Source: the human T2T-CHM13v2.0 reference genome, Homo sapiens
DNA: 64,000 nucleotides
Strand: one strand, 5' to 3'
NCBI RefSeq assembly: GCF_009914755.1
Contig: NC_060926.1
The notes beneath the pieces were generated by a model, which did no database searches, was not told the origin of the DNA, and was given only the letters and a program-made list of their open reading frames with translations. Made by a program: the position numbers and the translations under genes. Shown here piece after piece: positions 41,885-56,410 of this stretch (position 1 is the first letter of the stretch; each line of letters starts with the position of its first letter).

Positions 41885-43599
41885 TTAAAACCAGGAAAAC
41901 ATGGCTCCCACTCTGTTCTGCCCCCCTAGCTGGGTGAGTGATGTTAAAGAGATTTAATTCACACCCCTTTACTTTTCTTGTCTATAGAATGGGATGACTG
42001 TCATCATCCCAGGTTTATTGTGAGGAACAGATGGCATGATAGATCTAAAAATATTTTCAAAGTACAAACTTCCTAATATGTATCTTTATGGATTATTTGA
42101 ACATATATATATCATAATGCAAAAATATGTTTATTGTATCAAATTATATCAGTTTCTTTGTTCATACACAATGTTTTTGTTGCAACTATTTATTACTGTA
42201 TAGTTTAAGTAGATGATGTTCAGCTTTTATTGTTGTGAAAAGAAACTAAAATGTAAAGATCCATCACAGACTGTCACCAATGCCTAGGTCTACCAGACAG
42301 GCTTGATTTCTTTCCTCTTCTGCTCAGAACATGTGATACCAAGTAAAAGACCAAATACCCCCCACTGCTCTGTGTAACCTGGATGGAGCTGCTGACTTTT
42401 CTGCTTTAAAAGGAAACAAACATAAAAACATAGCATCAGAGAAATGACAACTTCAGGTCACTCGGGACCCTGTTTATATTTTGCGGACTATAATGTTTCT
42501 TTCCCCAATCATTAGGAAAATGACATAGTGCAGTAAACCCAAAGGGAACCCCACTTATGACCAATGTACCACAAGCATCCATTTCTTTCTTACCAACTAA
42601 GGAAGAAAATACCATCATCTAACCCTATGACATGACAAAATTCTGTTCCACATTGCTAACTAACAAAAAAGCAGAAAGGAAAAATGTAGAACTCCTGTCT
42701 CCATAGTAGAAATAAGGATTGGTTTTGCTTCTTGCAGTGCTTCAGGGCAAGTTAATTATCATACATTATACCTCGAGTTTCATTAACCACTACTAGGTAT
42801 GCTGAAAAGTTAACTTAGACCAGATAAATTTTTCTTAATAAGAGTAACTACAAAACAGAGTTTATAATTCTACAGATTTGCTCTTATAAGATACATTAGG
42901 TAAAATAAGTTCTTTATTTATCAAAACCAATAGTGTATGCAAACCAGAATTTTGTCACTAACAATTTGAGGGAGATATTCTGAGAGCCTTAGGGTGGCTG
43001 GAACAACCCAATGAGTCAAAAAAATCATTTAGTTCCTAAAAAAAAAAAAAAAAATTGCCAGAGTGAATTGTTTAGGTCTTGGAGGAGAAGACTGTGAAAG
43101 AAAATACTTGAAAGTTAAATCTGAAAAAATTGAGGGAGGGGAATAGGTTTAGATAAAAATCTTGTAGTTTTAAGGCATAAAGTATGAAAAGAGAGCAAAC
43201 AAGGAAAAACCTCAAAGTCATCATTTTATTCTAATGTTGACTTCCATTGAATTAATCTATTTATTAATTTGGAAATGAGTTACCTGTTTGCTCAAATCTC
43301 ACATCTGGGTAGTGCCATGATTTTAGCAAAGTATTTAAATTTAATTGTTACAAAAAGTAGTTCATTTTTACCTGCATTCAGACTTAGTCTGAATCTTTGT
43401 GAAAAGTATATCTTCAATCTGATCAAGCTCTGAGGATAATGATCTCAATTTTCCTGGGAATAATGGAGTCCCCATATACTTAATAATTATGTAGAGACAA
43501 ACAGTATAGCTAATATTTGTGGACTAAATTGCGTTTTACAAAACACCCCTCCTAACCATTACTTTATTTAATTGTGAAGCCTGTAAGAGAGGTACTTCA

Positions 43600-44346
43600 C
43601 TGGCCATCAGAGAAATGCAAATCAAAACCACAATGAGATACCATCTTACACCAGTTAGAATGGCAATCATTAAAAGTCAGGAAACAACAGGTGCTGGAGA
43701 GGATGTGGAGAAATAGGAACACTTTTACACTGTTGGTGGGACTGTAAACTAGTTCAACCATTGTGGAAGTCAGTGTGGCGATTCCTCAGGGATCTAGAAC
43801 TAGAAATACCATTTGACCCAGCCATCCCATTACTGGGTATATACCCAAAGGACTAGAAATCATGCTGCTATAAAGACACATGCACACGTATGTTTATTGC
43901 AGCACTATTCACAATAGCAAATACTTGGAACCAAGCCAAACGTCCAACAATGATAGACTGGATTAAGAAAATGTGGCCCATATACACCATGGAATACTAT
44001 GCAGCCATAAAACATGATGAGTTCATGTCCTTTGTAGGGACATGGATGAAATTGGAAATCATCATTCTCAGTAAACTATTGCAAGAACAAAAAATCAAAC
44101 ACTGCATATTCTCACTCATAGGTGGGAATTGAACAATGAGAACACATGGACACAGGAAGGGGAACATCACACTCTGGGAACTGTTGTGGGGTAGGGGGAG
44201 GGGGGAGGGATAGCATTGGGAGATACACCTAATGCTAGATGACGAGTTAGTGGGTGCAGCGCACCAGCATGGCACATGTATACACATGTAACTAACCTGC
44301 ACGTTGGGCACATGTACCCTAAAACTTAAAGTATAATAGTAAAAAA
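43600..44346 (+). mobile_element. L1PA2-like 5'-truncated L1, 15-bp TSD, inserted in an antisense MIR
   Basis: 'gcattgggaga', 'gctagatgacgagttagtgggtgcagcgcacc' (GAG, not Ta-type ACA); TSD aagagaggtacttca at 43585-43599 and 44347-44361. Confidence 0.95.
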
Positions 44347-44818
44347 AAGAGAGGTACTTCAATCTCTATCCTATAGAGAAGGAATTTGAGGCTTAGAAAT
44401 GCAAAAATGAGAAAAAGCATTCTCAGTCACATAGCTAATAAGAGAAAGAAATTAAATTTCTTGTCCACAGATTATACTATCCTTGCTATCCTTGTCCTTT
44501 TGAATACAAAGCAAATGTGGGGTCACAGGATGAAGGGGCAGGAGGAATAGCTGAATTATGCAGCACGTTAAACTTGCATTACCCCCATCTTTGCAAACTA
44601 AAATATTACCTCTTCTTCTCAATGCTTACTACTGTGTTATGCCACCTGTAATATCCTCAGATGGAAGTAAACTCGGCCTCCTCTAAATTCCCATGCACTT
44701 CACTAGTACTTTATTGGGCCTTTTATATCATCATTATTACAAACTACTTTTACATAGAAACAGCTAACATTTACCTAGCATTTCCTGTGGTCCAGAGTGT
44801 CCTACGTGCTTTACAGAC

Positions 44819-45334
44819 TGTGGTAAGCTCAACAATGTCCCCTAAAGATATCTACATCCTAATGTCTGAAACCTGTGAATACCACCTTATGTAACAAAGG
44901 GACCTGGCAGCTATAATTAATGTAAGGATATTGAAATAGGGGGATTATCCTAGTTTATTCAGGAGAGCACTAAATGTAGTTATAGGTGTTCTTCTTACAA
45001 GAATGAGGCAAGAGGTGATTTCACAGAGAAAGACAGAGGCAATGCGAAGACTGAAGCAAGATGCTATGCTACTGGCTTTGAAGGTGGAGAAAAGATCAGA
45101 AGCTAAGGAATTGCAAGAAATGCAGTTCTAGGAGCTGAAAAGGCAATTGATTCTTCCTTGGAGCCTCCAGAGAGAGGCCCCAACACCTTGACTTCAGGTG
45201 ATACATATTTGGACTTCAGGTGATACATATTTGGACTTACAACCTCCAGAACTATGAGAGAATGAAAAAAAAAAACCGTATTAAGCCTTCCAGTCTGTTA
45301 TAATTTGTCATAGCAGCCACAGGACACTCATACA
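44819..45334 (+). mobile_element. MLT1D-like MaLR solo LTR
   Basis: 'tgtggtaagct...cccctaaagatatctacatcctaat...acctgtgaat' ... 'tttgtcatagcagccacaggacactcataca'. Confidence 0.85.
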
Positions 45335-45699
45335 TTGACATTAATTAATTTAATCCTCCTAGGATACAAACCCCAGATAATCTGCCTCCAGAATCAATGT
45401 GCTCAACCACAATACAATACAGACTTTTTGATAAATTATGGATTTTGTTCTATGATTATGTTAATTATTTTATCTTCCACACTTGCAATACTGTATTGAA
45501 TCCTGTAGCAGTAACAGAATGTAACAAAAAATCAGCAAAGGATCCTAAGTTGTAATTCACAAAAGGGTGGAAGAGAGGTAAACAAACAAATGGAAAAATA
45601 TGGGACTGCTCTATAATTAGTCATACATATATGCTTTTTCTTAAAAATAAATGTATTCATTTATGCTTTTAGCAACATTTTTGACAAAGTATTTTTTCT

Positions 45700-47000
45700 G
45701 GTCTTCGATGAAATTAACACTACTATACATTGCTTCTTTGCTGGGAAATTATTTGGAAAATAAGAAGAACCTTAAAAATGTGTATCTCCCTTAACCCCAA
45801 ATTGGGCTTATCATTTTTATCTTAAGTATGTAATTTAGAATAGCATAAAAACATTTTGCAAAAGGTGTTTATACCATAATTTTTTCAATATTGCAAAAAA
45901 TAGCATTCAATAGTTAAACCATTCATTGGAATGTTTTACTGTGATTTAAAAAGATAAATATAAAAATGGCCAGAATATTTGCACATCAATTTATACAAAA
46001 ATGAATAATACATATATGAAAATGTGCTCAAACTATGTATTGTTCTGAGAAACATGATAAAAATATAGAGTTCTATTTTTATTATATTTTCAAAGACTAA
46101 GAAACAGAGTATAATATCTGGTGTTTTTAAGACCATAGGAAATATGATACTCCATGTATTATAGATTGAAGAATAAATCGGTACAACATTTTTAGAGAGT
46201 AATTTGTCAGTACCAACCAACTAAAAAATAGCTGAAACTGCTGACCAGAAAATTCTTCTTTTAAGTTAACTCTCATTAAAAAAACACTCAGAAGAGTAGA
46301 CAAGAATGTCTCTTGCAGCCTTGGAGCATCAAAATATTGGAGAGAACTTAAATGCCCATTAGTACATCAATTATAATATAAATGTTGCATATTTATTCAA
46401 CAGACTAAGTTGTTTTGCTTAGTAAAATTGAAGAATGTCCATTATATGTTATTGAGTCAAAAAGCAAATTACAAGCCAACATATTGAGTACGATCCTATA
46501 TTTGTGCTCTCTCTCTATCCTAGCTACTGCCCCACCTATCTTTTTACCCATTCTTATCTGAGAATCTGGAAACATACACGAGGAATTAGAAAAGTTAAGA
46601 GGTGAAAGCTTTCACATTGTAATTCTGTACTTCATATTTTCACTTCCACATATGTAAATTTGTGATAAGAATAAAAGAAAGGAAAAAGCTATCACATTCT
46701 GATGAGAAATTTATAGTATATTGAAAGCTCATATTGTTAAGTTTAAATAGAGAAGAATGAAAAATTGCTAAGTATGTGTAGAAGAATACACAATTCTGTA
46801 TTGTATTAAGCCTGAAACTATATAAAACTAACAAAGAAATCTATAAGCATGAAACAGTACAGAAGAATATACACCTGAATACTAAATGAGCTTATTTCTG
46901 GGATACGAGGGTTAGAAATAATGGGTATTTTTTCTTTCTGTATTTTCCAAATATTGCATAATGTGTCACCATAAATGACTTTTTATGATGTTAAAATGTA
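45700..47000 (+). mobile_element. Ancient L1ME 3' region fragments
   Basis: 'ggtacaacatttttagagagtaatttgtcagtacc', 'gttattgagtcaaaaagcaaattaca'. Confidence 0.55.
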
Positions 47001-48556
47001 TCTAAAATGGTATTTTTAAAGCATTTAATTTACAGGAACTGTTACATTTATTTTTCAGAAAAATTATACATGTATGACTAATTATAGAGTGGTTGCACAT
47101 TTTTCCATTTGTTTGTTTACCTCTTTCCCCCCTTTTGTGAATTACACCTTGGGATCCTTTGCTGATTTTTCGATTACATTCTATTACTGCTACAGGATTC
47201 CCATTTTTGTAGTGTTCCTGGGCTTTTTGGATACTGGATCATCAAAAGAAAAGAGCAGTTGTTCTGATAAAACTTTATTTAAGAGATGGTCAAGCAAATG
47301 CTCTTTAGCGGCTACTTCTGCTTTTTCCACACAACATGCACAGATAATCTACGTTTTACATTAATGCAGTTGGTTTATTTAAGAGGGATTTAAGTAGCGC
47401 TCTTAAAATAGCCAGGTGTCTAAAATTACTTATTGGGAAAACAGAAAACATCAAAAGACTGTATACACGTGTCCAGACCTTCAGAATTACCAGCTCTAAG
47501 GAGAACGGGCCTCCCTCCTTAAACATCTTCAAAATGCTATTTTTTGTTTTTAAATGTTCAAAGAATACTTCATAAAGAGATATAGAAAGGAATGGATATG
47601 GCATGTCAGCAAAGGAATCAAGCCCTTTAATGGCCATTTCATCTAAGAAGCAGCAGCAATGGCAGAGAAAGCCATTTCCCTGAAGTCATGGGACAGCAAA
47701 GCTACAGCCACAGAGCATTGACTTGAATCAGCTTATGACTTTGAATCTAGCATATTAAGCCTAGGAATTACATATATAATTAAAGAACCAGTTATAAACT
47801 ATATGAGTTGAAGTCCTGATATATAATCATACAATTACAAAGTGAAAAACACATCTCAAGGCCCACTTGACTTGGTTCCATAAAACACTTAACTTGTACA
47901 GTAACTTGGTTTGGCATTGTTGGGTTAAATCTGCCAAAGTAGTGAAAAATGTCAGAAGAAACGGGCAAAAAAAAAAATTAAAGTTAATAGCCACTACTTC
48001 ACATGATAAATATGTCTATCATCTTATCATTAAATAAACTTTAAAACACATCATCATAAATGCAACTTCAGGAAAGTTGCTCCTAAAACCCCTTAGACTT
48101 GTAGTGTGTGGGGAAATATAAGTTTCATTTCAAGTTTCCAAAACTAAAAAAGGTTTTCTTATTTAATATGACTTTATGGTTTTCAAATGTCAAAAGGAAA
48201 ACACTCATGAAATGATGAAAAGCTATAACAATTTGAATATTCAAATTAAAATTGTAACTATTACAAGAGCAAAATGGGTAAATGAAAACAAGTGTTTTAA
48301 GCCAGTATAAGCCACCAAATAAATATATACAAGTTGCAGGAATATCATTGTCTTAAAGCAACACTACTCTATGCCCTATGATCCCAATCCCAATCATTTG
48401 TGGCATAGTAATGGGAAATACTGGATATTTCTCTCTCAATATGAAAATTGATTCTACAATTTTTGCTTCATTCGCTCCATGACCTATCTACCAAAGCAAG
48501 AGCCAGCCACAAAATTTCAAAGATCTTTTAATTGTTGGAAATACATGAACACTCAC

Positions 48557-48907
48557 TGATATGGTTTGGCTGTGTCCTCACCAAAATCTCACCTAGAATT
48601 GTAATAATCCCTATGTGTCAAGGGTGGGGCCAGATGGAGATAATTGAATCAGGGGGCAGTTTCCCCCATATTACTCTTGTGGTAGTGAATAAGACTCATG
48701 AGATCTGATAGTTTTATAAATGGGACTTCCCCTGCAAGAGCTTGCCTGCTGCCATGTAAGACATGACTTTGTTTCTCATTCACCTTCCACCATGATTATG
48801 AGGCCTCCCCAGCCATGTGGAACTGTGAGTCAATTAAACCTCTTTCCTTTATAAATTACCCAGTCTCAGGTATGTCTTCATTAGCAGTGTGAGAACAGAC
48901 TAATACA
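48557..48907 (+). mobile_element. THE1 (C/D-like) MaLR solo LTR, 351 bp
   Basis: 'tgatatggtttggctgtgtcc' ... 'gagaacagactaataca'; perfect 5-bp TSD CTCAC (48552-48556, 48908-48912). Confidence 0.95.
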
Positions 48908-49287
48908 CTCACAAACATGTGCATGCAGTGAATCCAGTATAGAAAGTGCAAGGACACTTAATGATGGTTGACTTGAGTTTGAATTGAGCTTCCCCATGTT
49001 TTTTAACTTGTAAAATCATGTGCAAGACTACTGAATTCAGTGATTCAATTTTCCAACTGTAGAAAGTGAAGATTAGTAGTAAAAATTATTCAATATGACA
49101 CCATTGGAGTTTCTAAATACTAAGTAAATAAGATATATTAGTGCCTGAAGAAGTGTACAGAACTATCTGAAAAATAAGCTATTACTATATACATAATTGT
49201 AGATTTCAGTTAAAAGTACTCCTCTTAAATTGGGGTTATTTATAATGAGAAATATGTTTTCCAGTTCCATTTATTTTCTTTCAAATA

Positions 49288-49812
49288 CGGTTGACCCATG
49301 AACAATATGAGAGTTAGGGATGCTGAGTCTTCATGCAGTCAAAAATCTTGCATGTAATTTTTTACTCCCCCAAAACTTAACAATTAATAGCCTACCACTG
49401 GCTGGAAGACTTACTGATAATGTGAATAGTAAACACGTATTTTAATATTCTATGCTTTATATACTGTATTCTTAAAATAAAGTAAGCTAGAGAAAAGAAA
49501 ATGTTATAGAAAAATGTTATAAGAAAAATTATAACGAGGTGAAAATATATTTACTATTCATTAAGTGGAAGTAGATCATTATAAAGGTCTTCATTCTCCT
49601 CCTGTTAATGTTGATTATCCTGAAGAGGAGGAGGAGGAGGAGTGGTTGGTCTCACTGTCTCAGGGGTGGCAGAGGCAGAAGAGGTAAAGGAGGTAGAGGA
49701 GGTGGAAGGGGAGGTAGGAGAGACAGGCATACTTGGTGTGACTTTTATTAAAAACAATCCAAGGATAAGTGGTCCTGCATGGTTCAAAACCATGTTGTTC
49801 AAAGGTCAATTG
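49288..49812. mobile_element. Tigger2-derived MITE (Tigger2a-like, TcMar)
   Basis: TIRs 'cggttgacccatgaacaa' / 'ttgttcaaaggtcaattg', flanked by TA on both sides. Confidence 0.88.
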
Positions 49813-49834
49813 TATGTATAATTTACTTCCTCAA

Positions 49835-50447
49835 CTTTTTTTTGATGAAACGCAAACTTACACTAAAGTTGAAAGAGTAGTACAATGCTTATGTACCCCT
49901 ATTAGTATTGTAAATTCACCAATTATTAATATTTTGCCAAATTTTCTTTCTATAGCCTCTGTATCTGTATGTATGTTAATATGTATGTATGTAAAATTTT
50001 GTAAAAGTTGCAGACATTATTCTACTGTACCCCTATATCTCCTAAAAATAAAAACATGCTCTTGCATAACTATAATATTATATTCACAACCTTGAAATCT
50101 AACATTAATACAATGATATAGTTAAGAAATAATTTAGGCACAATTTTTTTATCTAGAATCTAATCAAGTCTTTTGGTGTTTTTTTTTTTCTTTTTTTAAT
50201 ATAAAATACCCCTCTTATTTTTATACCATTGATATTTTTTAGAAAGACAGGCCATGGGCATTGTTAGTATCCCACAGTATATACTTGTCTGATGTTTCTT
50301 TATATTCAGATTAAACATAAGCAAGGATGTTTCTCAGGAGATGTTAACTTATTCCCAGAGTGTTTCATCAGGAGGAACACAGTTCCAGTTTTCATTATTA
50401 GTCATATAGTATTTTAGCCCTCAGTTGTAGTATCTGCTACATTTCCT
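49835..50447 (-). mobile_element. Ancient L1M (L1MC-like) 3' end
   Basis: 'aaagttgaaagagtagtacaatg...ttcaccaattattaatattttgcca' antisense L1M 3' terminus. Confidence 0.65.
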
Positions 50448-50561
50448 TCACTTGAGCCCAGGAGTTCGAGGCTGTAATGAGCCATGATCACACCACTGCA
50501 CTACAGGCTGGGTGACAGAGCAAGACCCTGTCTCAAATTAAGAAAAAAAAAAAAAAAAAAA
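50448..50561 (+). mobile_element. AluJ right-arm 3' fragment
   Basis: 'cacttgagcccaggagttcgaggctgtaatgagccatgatc...gacagagcaagaccctgtctc' plus A tail; no TSD seen. Confidence 0.88.
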
Positions 50562-52484
50562 GATAGTTTGAAGACCTGTATTATGACCAAGCAGCACAGA
50601 GGGTCATGGAGGCCAGGGTCGAAAGAGATGTCGTTTGTCTTCGTATAGACGGAAATAGGGGGAAATCAAAAGATATTTCTTCATTTTAATTGGCTTTATT
50701 TTTAAGGAAAGGTTATTGTACGAATGACTGTGTTTTCAAAAGACATAAAATATTTTAAGTAACCTTGGGGAGTTTTGTTACCATTTTAGATAACTCAAAT
50801 TGACCACCTAAATAAGAACTCGTGAGAAGTATGCAAATGAATCTATAGGTATCCATAAATGGTAGCAATGGACTGCAAATGTTTCTGAAAATTCTCTCAG
50901 CTGAATATATACAGACTTATTATGTTTCAAACCTTTGCTCCTAAGCATTCATGTAGGCTGACTTTTCAATTTCAAGGGATTTCAGTGCAGTTCCCTGCAA
51001 TTTATCATGTGAAAGGAATTAACAAGAAAGAAAATTGGAAGCACATTTACACTTGCCAAGACATTTCCCTTCAGATGGAGAAAAACTACTGAATGAATAA
51101 TAAAAGAAAGATGATTTTCGAGCATCAAAAACAGAAAAATTACTTAAAGTCCCAGTTAGTAAAGCCAGGCTTCCCTTTCCTACAGAGCATGAATAAGCAC
51201 CAGGTACACAATAAAAATCCGTTATGATCCAGCTCATAATCACACAGGTTCAGGCATGCTAAGGGCTGCCTTCAGTGCCCTGCCCCCTTTACAAAACACT
51301 CTGATTAGCTAGGTACTACCACATGTCTCTACACATAAGACAAATCCAAATAAAATTGATCCCCTATTTTCCCAATTGTCCAATGGAAAAATTTTCCAAA
51401 ATAAGGCTTTTTTTTCAGCCAACGTGAATATTTAAACTTGTTAAGCATATTTGAAATCTTTCATGTTGTCATTGCCCAGGGCTAATTTTTGGTTCTCTCA
51501 TCTGTATTCACTCCCTGGTGTTCTATTGCCCTTTCATGGTTTAATCATAGGATATCTATATTCCAATGGCTCCTAATTCAATTAGTAACTTTCCCCAACC
51601 GAACGTAGATATCTCATTTCTACTCAACCTTTTCTGTTGGATATCTGATAGTTCACACATGCACCAGAACAAACTCTTCTCTGTGCCATTCCTAGGTGTT
51701 CTTACTTGCTATGCCCAGCAATCTTATGCCTCCTCTTCCCCCATGTAGCTTTACACAACTCAGGTAATGACAATTCAGGAAGCAAGCAGAGAGGAAAAGG
51801 TTTTTGAAAGATAAAGAAGGGTCATAAATATAGTACTCAGTCAGAAGATAATCTTGGTTTATCAGACTGTATACTACCATGATAATGTTAAATTCCACCT
51901 CCCAAATGGCAGAGAACCTTTTGTCATTTCAATGTCTTTCAAGAGATTTATACCAAGACTCAGTGAACAAGAAATCCAGAGCTGAATCAAGAGACCCAGG
52001 GCAGGAGAAATTCATCATAGGCAGAGACCGCCTTATGCAAATTCCTGAACCCTGAGCAATAACAGGAAGTCAGAGAAATCATAGCAATTAGGATGAGGTA
52101 CCAGTAACACTGGTAATCTGGCATGCAGCAGAATGTGACAAGAAAATAGATCAAGTGGGTCAAAATCAAGAATATTCAGAACAATATAGCAAAAGTGCAA
52201 GAAGATCCAGGCCAAATCATTCAAGAGGCCTTTCCCTATCCACTGTTAATTAGCCCATCAAAGAGAAATAAAAATTTAAAATTGGAATTACATTTATGTG
52301 ATTCTAGTGTATGTACTAATTTGTTATATGAATCTCTGCTTAAATTAGTGCTTACACTACTGTTCTACAATGTGAGTTTAGCTCGTCTCATTTCATGTTT
52401 TGTTATTAATGAACAAAGACCTTCCATTTTATATAATCTCCTTTTAGATTATCCAAATACCATCACATGCTATATTCATATAAC

Positions 52485-52565
52485 TATGATCACAGAACCA
52501 GTAAAAGATATTATACATAAGAGAGAACACAGACCAATGTCCTACATAAACATAAAGATTGCTTT
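52485..52565 (+). mobile_element. Short L1 ORF2 RT-domain fragment
   Basis: Translates 'ITMITEPVKDIIHKREHRPMSYINIK', matching L1 [26 protein letters not shown]. Confidence 0.55.
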
Positions 52566-54059
52566 CAATTATTTCTATGTTTCCCTATAATTTTGCAAAT
52601 AGAAGAGTTCCTCCTAGCATTGCTAAGAAGAGATACATGTCTAGGATTATAATAATTAGTACTTGAACAGCACCCCAAAATTAGGATGAGATAGCCCAAG
52701 TAAGAAACACCCGTGAGTAAATTCAGCTATTATCATTGTCAAAACGAAACACTGGTTTTTGGAACCAAGAAGTTTGAATAATCCAATCCAGAGTTCTTAA
52801 AAACTACTGAGATTTTAGTTTTTAAAAAAATTGTTGGGGAAAGAAAGGATTAAAAAGCAAACAAGTCAATCCTTGGCTCAGTTTCTGCCTCATATTTATG
52901 CACCCATCTGCCATAGCCTAAGGTTAAAAAGTACTCATTTTAATCATGGAAAACATATCCATCACAAGTTAGCCTGAAATAAATCACTCCCCACAGGAAA
53001 AGCAATTTAAACATGGACGGCTCTACAACAAAGTAGAAGAAAAAAAGAAAGAGAGAGAGAAACAATAGTTTTGTTTTTTTTTTTAACTCCCCAATTTACT
53101 GAAAGTTAAATCTCAAATCAGCATTCTCCAAACTCAACTTCCCCAAATATTTGATGAACAAAGCAATTACATTTGATCTTCTCAAACAGATCTTTCAAAT
53201 TTGGGGATTGACATAATATTGCAATGTCATATAGCTTGCAAGCAGCATTTGAATGTGGTAAGGAAGCCAAAGTATATATTAAACACACTAAAATTTATTT
53301 CCTTCAGCCTAAGAATGTTTGTTAGTTTGTGAAATAGACCCACAGATAATGTAAATATTTTGACAGAAAATTGGTAGTGGTGACTACGCGTAAAACTATC
53401 TGAGGACAAATGTACTGTGACTTGGAACATAAGATACAATTTTCTTTGCATAAAGGCAAAATGAAGTGATGACAGAGTTCACAAAACCTATTCTCCTCTA
53501 GAAATTGCATTCCGACTTTTTCTTTCATTGGGCATCTTTCAAAAAGAAAAACTTGACACTCCAAGCAATCCCACTGGCATTGGTTTGCAAGTAATCACAA
53601 TTCCATAATTTACTTTTTTCCTTTTTTATACTCTTTTTACCTTCAAGAGTATTAAAAAGACATTCCTGCTCCTCCTGTGTTTAAGAAGTTTACTGTAGGG
53701 GAAAAAAATTAAGGTAGCCTAAACTGTACATCCCACCTATCTCTTCCATTTCCTTTATGATTCTGCATGTTCTGCTTCCTTCTTTCCTATCAGATAAATC
53801 CAACTGAATAATGCCAAGCACAGTGCTAGTGTGAGAATACAATTTTGGATTAGATGTTATTCCTGCTAACCACTTACTTCCTAAGTAGTGTCTCCCACAT
53901 ACTTAATTATCCTTTTTGTCCTAGAATTTCCTAGAATTCCTCTTTACATGATTCACATTCTAATGAAACTAAACTATCCCCAAATTTCAAACCATACCCT
54001 ACAAATAGAGGCGCCCATTTGTGCCTCTTCTTAAGCTATCCATTCTGTCTCAGGTGTCC

Positions 54060-54390
54060 TTAGTCTGAATTTTTCCATGTCCACATTTGATACATTTTAC
54101 AAGTTCCAGCCTAAATATTAACCTACTTGCAAAGTTTTTCCTCATCTGTCACCTGGAAACAGTTTTACTTTCCTCTGAACTCTCAAAATGCTCTATGAAT
54201 CTCTCAAATTATGTGACACGGTGACTTTTGCATTCAAGTAATTTACGTGCATCTCTTCTCTCCCTATTTGGATGGCTGCAATTTGGGCAATCTTGTTGTC
54301 TTTCCTTTGAATCCATCCCTGCCTGTCTCCCAGTACCTAGGCCCATGGAGCATTCTGTGCAGGCAATATGATATCCGTGATTCTTTGATT
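54060..54390 (+). mobile_element. L2 LINE 3' end
   Basis: 'ctttgaatccatccctgcc...cccagtacctaggcccatgg...tgtgcaggcaatatgatatc'. Confidence 0.55.
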
Positions 54391-55329
54391 TAAAAAAATG
54401 ATCGTTTATACTCTCCCAAATAAATGCAAAAGGCTTAGAAAATCTACTATTGACTAGGCCCCACTTCATAAAGTAGACTATAAAAAATGGCACTAAAAAA
54501 TTCCATTTAAAAAAACCAAGAAGTTTAACTTACAGAAGATACTTGACTTCTGTTTAACGTTTCAGAAAGAATGTTTCTCAAAAGAAAACTCAAGTATGAA
54601 CTATTGACTAAGCTAATTTGCGGAAGAATAAAACAACAGGCCAATTGCAGTATAATGTCTTAAGCAACTCAGTTCATTTTGGATCTTGGTATTATCACTT
54701 TGATCTTGGTTTCAAGTTAATATAACTTGAAAACAGGCTGGGATAAGAAGACAGAGGCACATGTTCTCATTGATTCCGTCATATGCTGGCTCGATGTTAA
54801 AATGTGTGGCATATGGTGGAAAAGTTTGCAGCAAATTCATTCTTCTTGAGGTCTTTAGAAAACTTTTGCATATAAAAGCAATAAAAATTAAAAATCCATG
54901 CATTACCAAACAACTGATGTGCACTTCTTATGTCCTTTGGTACTACCTGGGAACAATAAAGGGTATATAAAAAGCACAGAGAGTTTGTACAGACATACCT
55001 TCATTTTATGGAGAACAAGGTTCTCACATTTGAGACTCTCTGCAGTGCAAAAGACTTGGATTTTTGAGCAAATGTTCAGATAAAGCCTAAGGATGCATAT
55101 TTCAATAAGAAATCAGCCAAATGAGAAGTGGGCCCAGGAAAAAAGCATGTTTGAAACCCCAGACCTTTGGTTGATAATGCTATGTAATTTACAACGAACA
55201 TGAATATTTAACACTGTACCAAGCACGAGATTAATTATTAGTCAACTGATTCCTCAATGCCTGCTCTAAAAACTCACACTAATGAGAAAATTAATAATCA
55301 AAGATTTCAGAATATCATAAAATGATTAA

Positions 55330-56410
55330 ACTTTGAGGAATATTAGAATTTCTCTAGTCCAATTCTTTCATTTTGTGATTTTAGATAGAGGCACAGATAT
55401 TGGAAATGTCTTGTGTAAAGTCACTAATTACTTCTAGTGATGGCGCCATTACTCATTTCTTACCAGGGTATGAAGAGTTTACTTGCCACTTTCTTAAAAG
55501 GGGTTGCTGATTCAGAGCTCTCCTTGGAGTGGGCCAGTTGGTGAGTGATCAACAAAGCATATACTTTTTCCAGAAGCAAAGCTGCTAATATGTTCTCTGC
55601 ATCTGCTCCTGGAAACATAGCGTTTCTATATCCTCTCTTTGGTGAGCTGCAGCTATGAGTGATCCCTAATGAGCTTATAAGTAAATTATGTCTTTAATTT
55701 ATGCATCAATATAATAGGATCTTCCCCCTGATTTTTAATGTAACGGTCACTTTTCAGGAGATGTAGAAAGAGGCACAGAATGAGTCAGTGGCTTAAGGTT
55801 TTAATCTGTATTTTCTCATGAGGCTACCTTAGGCAATTATTTAAATTCCCTGAGCCTTGTCTCCTCCCACCAATAACATCAGGGCACACTGATAACTATG
55901 AGATAATAAAACTTACATTTATTACATGCCTAACATGAATCATAAATTTAAATGCCTCCTTTATTAAATCACAGATACCTATAACACAGGTATGATTACT
56001 ATCTTCATTTTCCACGTGAGAAAACAGTGGTTAGCAATTTTAGGGAGGCAGTATAATACAGTGGTGATGAATACAGGACTTGGATGCAGAATGGGTTTAA
56101 ATTCTGGCTTCACTACCTTCTAGCTATGTGATCTTAAGGAAATGACTTAACTCTTTATGCAACTGTTATCTGACCTGTAAAATGGCAACTATATTAATAT
56201 AAAATTCATTTGGTTGTTGTAGAGATTAAATGGAAAAATATACACCTCTTAAAACATCCCATGAAACACAGTAATTATCAATAAATGTAGACTAATTGCC
56301 ATCATTGTAATATATTGTCCAAAATCATAGTACCACAAAGTGGCAGATGCCAAATCAGCCACTGCTCTAGTTTAATAGGAGGAGCCCTGGATTTTACCTA
56401 TCATGCTGTG
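55330..56410. mobile_element. Cluster of MIRs, including a sense MIR (56043-56300) nested in an antisense MIR
   Basis: 'gggaggcagtataatacagtgg...tagctatgtgatcttaagg...tgtaaaatggc' and flanking antisense MIR segments. Confidence 0.7.
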
